Below, piece after piece: positions 26,934 to 32,954 of a DNA stretch of 50,343 nt. Source of the stretch: a virus (lineage: Duplodnaviria > Caudoviricetes); IMG/VR virus record IMGVR_UViG_3300020042_010754, positions 1 to 50,343 of that record. One strand, given 5' to 3'. A model generated the notes under the pieces. It was not told the origin of the DNA. It saw only the letters and a list, made by a program, of their open reading frames with translations, and searched no databases. Within the stretch, counting starts at the first letter, position 1; every line of letters starts with the position of its first letter. The position numbers and the translations under genes were made by a program.

Positions 26934-27023
26934 GCCAGCGAGACTTGGAGTCCGAGGGGTCTTATATGCCCTTTCCGCCAGATTAGCGGCTTTGAGAGAG
27001 TTCGATTCTCTCCGCTGGTACCA
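26934..27023 (+). tRNA. Atypical tRNA-Ile (TAT) with long variable arm and reduced D arm
   Basis: GCCAGCG/CGCTGGT, loop CTTATAT, T arm GAGAG-TTCGATT-CTCTC, ACCA. Confidence 0.8.
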
Positions 27024-27026
27024 GTT

Positions 27027-27197
27027 TAAGCAGATCATGTGGCGGAAAAACTCATTGACGATGGGCCCAACTGCCAGGGACAACGACACAATCCTGAACC
27101 GCTGACGTTGAAAAATACGAGACTGCTAGTCACAGTCGACTCATGTTCGGGAAGGTGGCAACACCTTTAAACGCAGGGCAGTCACATGATCAGCTTA
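27027..27197 (+). ncRNA. Unknown structured RNA
   Basis: TAAGC-A-GATCATGTGGC/GTCACATGATC-A-GCTTA closing stem; CCTGAAC/GTTCGGG. Confidence 0.55.
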
Positions 27198-27208
27198 TTC
27201 AAACTCAG

Positions 27209-27248
27209 TTGACAACAACCCAACGTTGTTGTACACTACACATAAATA
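27209..27248 (+). promoter_or_regulatory. sigma70 promoter plus CATAAATA late box
   Basis: TTGACA-17-TACACT. Confidence 0.7.
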
Positions 27249-27254
27249 ACATAT

Positions 27255-27330
27255 CGCGGGAAGGGTCCGGTCACCGGCAGGGTCTCATAAGCCTTTGCAA
27301 TCCTTGGTTCAAATCCAAGTCCCGCAACCA
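27255..27330 (+). tRNA. tRNA-fMet-like (CAT)
   Basis: C1:A72 mismatch, CGCGGG start, TTCAAAT T loop, reduced D arm. Confidence 0.82.
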
Positions 27331-27339
27331 AACACATCC

Positions 27340-27960
27340 ATGGTACCCAAAGTAATCAGAATTACACCAGTAGAATCCTATTTTTCAATTACCTGGGCAA
27401 TAACCAACAAGTGCAATTATGATTGCATGTATTGCCCTGCTGCATTGCATGCAGGGGATCAAGTGTACTCACTGAGCAAGATGCAATCCTACTGGTTGGA
27501 TATTTTTGCCAAGACTCAAGATAAAAATTTAAAATACAAAATTTCGTTCAGTGGCGGCGAAGTCACTACCAACAAAGACTTTGCGCCATTTGTTGCATGG
27601 TTGCGTGAAAACTACCATGATCGCATACATTCTATATTGTTAACTACCAATGGTAGTGCCAGCGTGGCCTACTACATGAAGTTGTACCACAGTGTAGACA
27701 ACATAAGTTTTAGTTTTCACAGTGAACATGCTGATGAAAAACTATTTTATGATAAAATGGTCAAGATCAAGGAAGCCATTGATCCTAAAAATTTCATTCA
27801 TGTAAACATCATGGACGAATACTGGATCAAGGATCGTATTCCTTTGTATACTAAAATTCTAACTGACCATGAGATCAGTCATAGCATTAATTCAATAAAT
27901 TATGCCTTAGGAACACGGACTGTTCCTATTCTTAAAGGTCGGGCTAATCTTGAAATTTGA
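27340..27960 (+). CDS. Radical SAM protein
   Basis: CNYDCMYC, SGGE, TTNGS, SFH. Confidence 0.88.
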   Translation: MVPKVIRITPVESYFSITWAITNKCNYDCMYCPAALHAGDQVYSLSKMQSYWLDIFAKTQDKNLKYKISFSGGEVTTNKDFAPFVAWLRENYHDRIHSILLTTNGSASVAYYMKLYHSVDNISFSFHSEHADEKLFYDKMVKIKEAIDPKNFIHVNIMDEYWIKDRIPLYTKILTDHEISHSINSINYALGTRTVPILKGRANLEI

Positions 27961-28258
27961 AAACCATCACAACAACAATTGCACAATTTTGCTAGACAAC
28001 GGTGACCAGTATCAGATATATGCCAATTGGTTGCACAATCACAATCTAGATAATTTTAAAGGCTGGCAATGTGCTGCAGGAATCACACGAATCTCTATTG
28101 ATCCTACTGGACAAGTGTTCAGTGGCGAATGCGAAAATCACAATTTAGGTAACTTGAATACCAATTGGCAGTTGTTGGAAGAATCAGTTGCTGTTTGCAA
28201 CCGAGACCGGTGCACTGGTTGCACTGACGACTTACTTGCCAAAAAAATTAAATTATGA
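27950..28258 (+). CDS. Stand-alone SPASM/twitch-like Fe-S domain protein
   Basis: CAAG...I...GQV..GEC....LGNL...C...RCTGCTDD. Confidence 0.7.
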   Translation: MKFENHHNNNCTILLDNGDQYQIYANWLHNHNLDNFKGWQCAAGITRISIDPTGQVFSGECENHNLGNLNTNWQLLEESVAVCNRDRCTGCTDDLLAKKIKL

Positions 28259-28352
28259 ACTTGCTTGGCAGCTCAACCGTAGACGAGCTGAGATCCGGGG
28301 GTTTGGAATTTTTTTGTCGGTGGCATAAATAACTTGCAACAAAATTTAGTGG

Positions 28353-28381
28353 TTGACAACAATCACTAAATACCTTATAAT
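28353..28381 (+). promoter_or_regulatory. Consensus sigma70 promoter of attenuator leader 2
   Basis: TTGACA-17-TATAAT with CTAAATA inside. Confidence 0.85.
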
Positions 28382-28387
28382 ACAAAC

Positions 28388-28519
28388 ATGATGAACACAA
28401 ACACTTTTAACCGCATGCATTCCGTACCGACCTTGGCACAGCCCTGGTCACGTGCCTTTGCCTGCGGCAAAAGTATTACAGGGAATCATAGGGTCCGAGA
28501 AGGAATCAGTTGCGCCTAA
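28388..28519 (+). CDS. Putative leader peptide 2 (MMNTNTFNRMHSVPTLAQPWSRAFACGKSITGNHRVREGISCA)
   Basis: Leaderless ATGATG at the predicted TSS; overlaps the antiterminator. Confidence 0.6.
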   Translation: MMNTNTFNRMHSVPTLAQPWSRAFACGKSITGNHRVREGISCA

Positions 28520-28544
28520 CAGCAGTAACTTACAAACTTCAAGG

Positions 28545-28577
28545 ACCCTGGAACTAAAAACTCCAGGGTTTTTCTTT
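28545..28577 (+). terminator. Intrinsic terminator with competing antiterminator
   Basis: ACCCTGGA/TCCAGGGT + TTTTCTTT; AGGGTCC (28490) pairs with GGACCCT (28543). Confidence 0.85.
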
Positions 28578-28585
28578 ATGTGCAA

Positions 28586-28720
28586 TGAGTAACGAGGACT
28601 CAGCCAGCACAATAAACCAGGCAAACGGGCGGACAGGACACATGAACGTGTGGCGATAACACACTAGTAAGACTCCTGGTCGGGGTATCAACCCCGTCAT
28701 GTTCAGTAGCGATACTGGGC
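28586..28720 (+). ncRNA. Unknown structured RNA after attenuator 2
   Basis: GAGT/ACTC, CAGGA/TCCTG or ACCAGG/CCTGGT, GTGT/ACAC, CGGGG/CCCCG, TTCAGT/ACTGGG stems. Confidence 0.5.
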
Positions 28721-28780
28721 ATTCTAAAACATATCAAGCTGGCCTGGGTTGCAATACCGCAGATGGTGTGTTTTAGAATG
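28720..28780 (+). ncRNA. Conserved-stem spacer RNA, copy F (divergent)
   Basis: CATTCTAAAACATAT...GTGTGTTTTAGAATG with compensatory changes. Confidence 0.62.
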
Positions 28781-28853
28781 TATCCATAGTGTAATGGCAG
28801 CATCGCGGTCTCCAAAACCGTCAGTCTAGGTTCAAGTCCTAGTGGGTACGCCA
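28780..28853 (+). tRNA. tRNA-Trp (CCA)
   Basis: Cloverleaf, loop CTCCAAA. Confidence 0.93.
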
Positions 28854-28858
28854 AATAT

Positions 28859-28935
28859 CGGTCCTTAACTCAATTGAATAGAGTGCCAGTCTTCGAAACT
28901 GGAAGTTGGGAGTTTGAATCTCTCAGGGCCGGCCA
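28859..28935 (+). tRNA. tRNA-Arg (TCG)
   Basis: Cloverleaf, loop CTTCGAA. Confidence 0.92.
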
Positions 28936-28942
28936 AATTATC

Positions 28943-29016
28943 GGGGGATTAGTATAATGGGATTACGGCAGCTTTGCAAGCTGTTTATGGGAGTTCGATC
29001 CTCCCATCCTCCACCA
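28943..29016 (+). tRNA. tRNA-Ala (TGC)
   Basis: Cloverleaf, G3:U70. Confidence 0.95.
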
Positions 29017-29023
29017 AATTTAC

Positions 29024-29097
29024 TGGGGGTTAGTGTAGCGGTAACACTACAGACTTTGACTCTGTCATCACTGGTTCGATCCCAGTACCCTCTGCCA
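29024..29097 (+). tRNA. tRNA-Gln (TTG)
   Basis: Cloverleaf, loop CTTTGAC. Confidence 0.93.
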
Positions 29098-29104
29098 GAC
29101 AAAT

Positions 29105-29178
29105 ACCACGTTAGCTCAAAGGTAGAGCAATCGGCTGATAACCGATAGACACAGGATCGTTACCTGTACATGGTACCA
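29105..29178 (+). tRNA. tRNA-Ile (GAT)
   Basis: Cloverleaf, atypical T loop ATCGTTA. Confidence 0.9.
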
Positions 29179-29184
29179 AATTGT

Positions 29185-29214
29185 GTTGACACTGTGTGTC
29201 AACTGCTATATAAT
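29185..29214 (+). promoter_or_regulatory. sigma70 promoter overlapped by a palindrome
   Basis: TTGACA-17-TATAAT; GTTGACAC-TGT-GTGTCAAC. Confidence 0.75.
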
Positions 29215-29230
29215 AGCATTGTTAGTTTCA

Positions 29231-29320
29231 GGAACGGTCCCATAATGGTATTGGAGCGGATTGCTAATCCGTCGAGTGGTGAAAGCCGCTTTAAGAGTTC
29301 GAGTCTCTTTCGTTCCGCCA
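29231..29320 (+). tRNA. tRNA-Ser (GCT)
   Basis: Cloverleaf, long variable arm. Confidence 0.94.
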
Positions 29321-29328
29321 AGTTTTAT

Positions 29329-29404
29329 TCCTCAGTAGCACAGCGGTAGTTGCACTTGACTGTTAATCAAGGTGTCGGTAGTTCGATCCTACCCTGAGGA
29401 GCCA
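29329..29404 (+). tRNA. tRNA-Asn (GTT)
   Basis: Cloverleaf. Confidence 0.94.
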
Positions 29405-29410
29405 ATTTTT

Positions 29411-29484
29411 GCCCTACTAGTACAATGGCAGTACACTGGTTTTGTAATCCTGTGATGGCAGTTCGATTCTGTCGTGGGGCACCA
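29411..29484 (+). tRNA. tRNA-Thr (TGT)
   Basis: Cloverleaf; two U:U mismatches in the anticodon stem. Confidence 0.85.
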
Positions 29485-29487
29485 TTT

Positions 29488-30252
29488 TTATCCCGCAGTA
29501 GTGCGTTGATTATTGTGCATTAATAATTTTTCAACAATTACGGCACCCAGATCAAATCTTGTACCTCCAGAGAATGAATAGTTTGTTTGATCTTCGTGAT
29601 GATTTTTATGCAAACCTTCCCCGTAAGATATAAAATTAAATACTGAGTTCAAGTTCCTGGCTTCAACAACTTCATTCTTTTTGTGGGTGTTATAGTTCAC
29701 AGCAGTAATAATTATCCAGCTATACGCAAAATTTACTGGAGAAAAAAACAATGCTGTTTTCAAGTCAATCAACGCCAATATTATATTGAAAGCGTAGAAC
29801 AACTTCCAGTAGTGTTTGCTAACAAATACAGCTTCTTTATTTTTGAAAAAATCCTTGGGAATCTTGATTCCCGAATTGATAGTATACCTGCCCAGCCACA
29901 AACTAAACCAACTATGATACATAGGGCTGTGTGGATCATTTTTTGTGTCAGTATGTGCATGATGCAAACGATGTGCAATCACTATTTGTAATGGACTGCC
30001 GTGACCGTTCATTACCATGCCAGTAAGCATGAGATATTTTCCAAAAATACTGGGCTTAAAACTGTTGTGACAAAGCCACCGGTGAGATCCAATGTGCGCT
30101 ATACCGCCCATCAAAGACCCAATGACTCTGATTAGGATAAATCCTAGCAGTGTTCCGCCTGCCGAAAAATAATAAGGTATTGAAAAAACAGCAATGGCGC
30201 TGAATACTAGAACTTTCAAAGTTACAGTGTCGGTGTAGGATAATTTGAACAT
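29488..30252 (-). CDS. Membrane fatty-acid desaturase
   Basis: HRWLCH, HRLHH, GEGLHKNHH. Confidence 0.9.
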   Translation of the reverse strand: MFKLSYTDTVTLKVLVFSAIAVFSIPYYFSAGGTLLGFILIRVIGSLMGGIAHIGSHRWLCHNSFKPSIFGKYLMLTGMVMNGHGSPLQIVIAHRLHHAHTDTKNDPHSPMYHSWFSLWLGRYTINSGIKIPKDFFKNKEAVFVSKHYWKLFYAFNIILALIDLKTALFFSPVNFAYSWIIITAVNYNTHKKNEVVEARNLNSVFNFISYGEGLHKNHHEDQTNYSFSGGTRFDLGAVIVEKLLMHNNQRTTAG

Positions 30253-30298
30253 AACTGTATTTAATCAATGTTATTGACTCAATATTGTTAATCAACAG

Positions 30299-30327
30299 TT
30301 GACAACATTCTGAAATTGTTGTACAAT
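30299..30327 (+). promoter_or_regulatory. sigma70 promoter of the Lys tRNA group
   Basis: TTGACA-17-TACAAT. Confidence 0.8.
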
Positions 30328-30352
30328 ACAAACTTAAACAAAAAGGTACTAT

Positions 30353-30376
30353 ATGAAGCGACCAGCTAAACTGTAG
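30353..30376 (+). CDS. Putative mini leader peptide MKRPAKL
   Basis: AAAGGT RBS; AAG and AAA Lys codons; hairpin starts at the stop codon. Confidence 0.45.
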   Translation: MKRPAKL

Positions 30377-30436
30377 TGTCAATCTAGATCCCATGTAGGT
30401 CCGGGTTGGCACGTGAAAGACAATTTTACATATCAA

Positions 30437-30511
30437 CCCTCTAAGATGTTAAGGCAGCATGCCGGACTCTTAATCCGTGACGTCCGAGTTCAAATCTCGG
30501 TGGAGGGACCA
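30437..30511 (+). tRNA. tRNA-Lys (CTT)
   Basis: Cloverleaf, loop CTCTTAA. Confidence 0.9.
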
Positions 30512-30515
30512 CAAT

Positions 30516-30589
30516 GGGATCGTAACTTAAAAGTAAAGTAGCTGGCTTTTAACCAGTAAAAGAAGGGGCAGTACCTTCCGGTCCTACCA
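30516..30589 (+). tRNA. tRNA-Lys (TTT), atypical D and T loops
   Basis: Loop CTTTTAA; T loop GGCAGTA; no GG in D loop. Confidence 0.85.
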
Positions 30590-30664
30590 TAGATAAACAC
30601 ATTGGGATTAAATTCTGGTCACCCCAGCGCATAAGAGGTTGCGTACAGTGTGTTTTTCTATGGT
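30586..30664 (+). ncRNA. Conserved-stem spacer RNA, copy G
   Basis: ACCATAGATAAACACATTG...CAGTGTGTTTTTCTATGGT between tRNA-Lys and tRNA-His. Confidence 0.7.
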
Positions 30665-30738
30665 GTAGTTAGTGTCAGCGGTTAGCACTACGGATTGTGA
30701 TTCCGTCAGCATGGATTCGAATTCCATACTATACCCCA
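30662..30738 (+). tRNA. tRNA-His (GTG)
   Basis: Cloverleaf, G-1:C73. Confidence 0.93.
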
Positions 30739-30744
30739 GAATCA

Positions 30745-30819
30745 GGTTGTGTGGCGTAGACGGATGCGCACCGGCTTCATAAGCCGAGGAGGAAGGATCG
30801 ATACCTTCCACAACCACCA
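30745..30819 (+). tRNA. tRNA-Met (CAT), elongator-like
   Basis: Cloverleaf, T loop ATCGATA. Confidence 0.88.
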
Positions 30820-30998
30820 GTTAAATATTTTTAATGAAAGTCATTGCTGTTTTGATGTTGTTGAAAAACTTCATGGTCAATTTGAAATTGTCAATGTCAA
30901 ACACAAGAATATAAAAAGTGTGTTCTTTGCTCATGGACAAGTGGATTAATAATCCAGTCTTGGTGATAGCATTGTAAATATACATGAACGTATTTAAT

Positions 30999-31072
30999 GC
31001 GGGGTTCGTATAGTGGTAATACCTTAGCCTTCCAAGCTAAAGCGAGGAGTTCGATTCTCCTACCCCGCTCCA
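30999..31072 (+). tRNA. tRNA-Gly (TCC)
   Basis: Cloverleaf, U73. Confidence 0.95.
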
Positions 31073-31078
31073 CATTTT

Positions 31079-31153
31079 GCATCCTTAGCTCAGGGGTAGA
31101 GCGTTTCCTTTACACGGAAAGGGTCCGCGGTTCGAAACCGTGAGGATGTACCA
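31079..31153 (+). tRNA. tRNA-Val (TAC)
   Basis: Cloverleaf. Confidence 0.94.
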
Positions 31154-31156
31154 AGT

Positions 31157-31279
31157 TTTGTAGCCATAGCCCGGAGCTAGGGTAAAGGGTGTTGCGGGGA
31201 TTGCATGCGCTGCCTGTATCATGTGAACCGATAAAGATCGTAGCGCAACTTAATCAGTTTTTGTTCGGCCTGCTACAAA
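31157..31279 (+). ncRNA. Unknown rod-like RNA with central bubble
   Basis: TTTGTAGC/GCTACAAA outer stem, GTTGCG/CGCAAC inner stem. Confidence 0.5.
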
Positions 31280-31288
31280 TTCAATTTT

Positions 31289-31362
31289 CTCAGTATGGTG
31301 AAATGGTATCACTCTTGGTTTGGGACCAAGGAGCGTAGGTTCGATTCCTGCTACCGAGACCA
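31289..31362 (+). tRNA. tRNA-Pro (TGG)
   Basis: Cloverleaf. Confidence 0.92.
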
Positions 31363-31368
31363 AGTTAT

Positions 31369-31446
31369 GCACAGGTGGCGGAGCGGCCCAACGCAAGGGA
31401 TTGCAAATCCCTAACACCGTGAGTTCAAATCTCACCCTGTGCTCCA
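31369..31446 (+). tRNA. tRNA-Cys (GCA)
   Basis: Cloverleaf, U73. Confidence 0.92.
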
Positions 31447-31461
31447 GAATAGAAAGTGCCT

Positions 31462-31713
31462 ATGTGGGAATATGTCGTAACCTTTTTTGCTGTGTTCTTC
31501 ACAGATATCTTTTACACTTACTACCTAAAAGCAGTACAAGATGAACGTGCAATGGCTGCTAGTTTGTGGGCCACCGTGGTGTTCCTGGTGGCCTGCGTGG
31601 CAGTGATCAACTACACCACAAATTCATGGTTGCTGATTCCAGCCGGTGCAGGTGCATTTTTAGGCACCTGGGTGGGCATGCAATTGAGACGTAACAAAAA
31701 TAATGGAAGATGA
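31462..31713 (+). CDS. Small multi-TM membrane protein
   Basis: Three hydrophobic segments; stop overlaps the tRNA-Ser 5' end. Confidence 0.7.
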   Translation: MWEYVVTFFAVFFTDIFYTYYLKAVQDERAMAASLWATVVFLVACVAVINYTTNSWLLIPAGAGAFLGTWVGMQLRRNKNNGR

Positions 31714-31796
31714 TGCAGCGGGGATGGTCCTGCGACTGGCCTTGAAAACCAGGTTCTGAGAAATTGGATGGGGTTCGACTCCTCCGTCTTCCGCCA
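31705..31796 (+). tRNA. tRNA-Ser (TGA), enlarged D arm
   Basis: Loop CTTGAAA, long variable arm, GCCA. Confidence 0.88.
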
Positions 31797-31803
31797 ACAA
31801 TAT

Positions 31804-31879
31804 GCAACTTTAGCTGATGTGGTCATAGCGGTGCCCTGAAGAGGCATTGAAGCAGGTTCGATTCCTGCAGGTTGCACCA
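31804..31879 (+). tRNA. tRNA-Phe (GAA)
   Basis: Cloverleaf, loop CTGAAGA. Confidence 0.92.
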
Positions 31880-31885
31880 GTCTAA

Positions 31886-31960
31886 GTCTCCATAGTTCAA
31901 GGGATAGAACACGTTCCTCCTAAGAATGAAATACAGGTTCGAGTCCTGTTGGAGACGCCA
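31886..31960 (+). tRNA. tRNA-Arg (CCT)
   Basis: Cloverleaf. Confidence 0.93.
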
Positions 31961-32006
31961 ACCTCTCCCTGACATACGGAGTACAATGTGATAAGTTGTA
32001 TGTTTT

Positions 32007-32080
32007 GGGTCATTAGCTCAAAGGCAGAGCGCTAGGTCGACATCCTAGACACAGCGGTTCGATACCGTTATGACCTACCA
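32007..32080 (+). tRNA. tRNA-Val (GAC)
   Basis: Cloverleaf, loop TCGACAT (C33). Confidence 0.88.
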
Positions 32081-32161
32081 GCCCCAGTAGACAAATTGGC
32101 AAAGTCGTCTCTCTCAAAAGGAGAAATTTTAATGCGGGTTCGACTCCCGCCTGGGGCACCA
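32081..32161 (+). tRNA. tRNA-Leu (CAA), shortened variable region
   Basis: Loop CTCAAAA, CCA. Confidence 0.9.
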
Positions 32162-32202
32162 TTAACAAAACTGTAATAATTTTTGAGTTAAATAGAAAGC
32201 AA

Positions 32203-32676
32203 ATGATGAAAAAACTAAACATTGACCTGGTGGCAGAATTTATCCGGGCTCAAACTCCCGAAACAAAAATATATCTCGGCTGTGATAGTGAACGTGTCAA
32301 AATAGATGGCGTCTGGCATGCTGACTATGTGCTGGCTATTGTGGTGCATATCAATGGCAACAACGGCTGCAAACTGTTTGGAGAAGTACACCGCGAACGC
32401 GACTATGACTCTAAACCTGGCAAACCTGCCATGCGACTCATGACAGAAGTCTACAAGGTAAGTGAGCTGTATCTCAAACTGGCCGAAGTGCTGGAAGGCC
32501 GAGCGGTTGAAGTACACCTAGACATCAACCCCAACGAAATGCACGGTTCAAGTTGTGTGATTTCACAAGCAATTGGCTACATCAAAGGCACATGTAATGT
32601 GGTTCCTTTTGTCAAGCCCGAAGCTTTTGCTGCCAGCTATGCTGCTGACCGTTTCAGGTCACTCCAAGTAGCTTGA
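32203..32676 (+). CDS. RNase H-like YkuK/DUF458 family protein
   Basis: IYLGCDS, RLMTEV, EVHLDIN, KPEAFAASYAAD. Confidence 0.85.
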   Translation: MMKKLNIDLVAEFIRAQTPETKIYLGCDSERVKIDGVWHADYVLAIVVHINGNNGCKLFGEVHRERDYDSKPGKPAMRLMTEVYKVSELYLKLAEVLEGRAVEVHLDINPNEMHGSSCVISQAIGYIKGTCNVVPFVKPEAFAASYAADRFRSLQVA

Positions 32677-32683
32677 TAATTTT

Positions 32684-32757
32684 GCGTGGTTAGTTTAATG
32701 GTAAAATATAACGTTGCCAACGTTTTGTCAAGGGTTCGATTCCCTTACCCCGCACCA
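32684..32757 (+). tRNA. tRNA-Gly (GCC)
   Basis: Cloverleaf; A73 discriminator. Confidence 0.88.
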
Positions 32758-32767
32758 TAAAAACACG

Positions 32768-32827
32768 GCCCAGCCCTCTGGCACATGACCTCTTTTAATG
32801 TTGTGTGCTACGGCTGGGTTTTTCTTT
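32768..32827 (+). terminator. Long hairpin with U tract
   Basis: CCCAGCC...GGCTGGG + TTTTTCTTT, inner GGCACAT/GTGTGCT. Confidence 0.6.
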
Positions 32828-32828
32828 G

Positions 32829-32902
32829 GCTCTTATAGTATAACGGCAATACACGTCCTTGGTAAGGACGAGCACCAAGTTCGATTCTTGGTAAGAGCAC
32901 CA
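32829..32902 (+). tRNA. tRNA-Thr (GGT)
   Basis: Cloverleaf. Confidence 0.92.
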
Positions 32903-32954
32903 TATTCTCTTGACATCATGTAGAAACAAATATATACTGCAAGTTAGGTTAACA

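Noticed and set aside
25320-27355. Short ORF-track calls across the RNA island
   Set aside because: They overlap tRNAs or structured RNAs and lack RBS and protein features
24994-30664. CRISPR array interpretation of the AAACACATTA repeats
   Set aside because: Repeats come as inverted pairs around each insert, spacing is irregular, tRNAs intervene and no cas gene is present
31705-31796. tRNA-Sec (GGAAGAT start, large D arm)
   Set aside because: The anticodon is TGA (Ser), not TCA, and the acceptor is 7 bp
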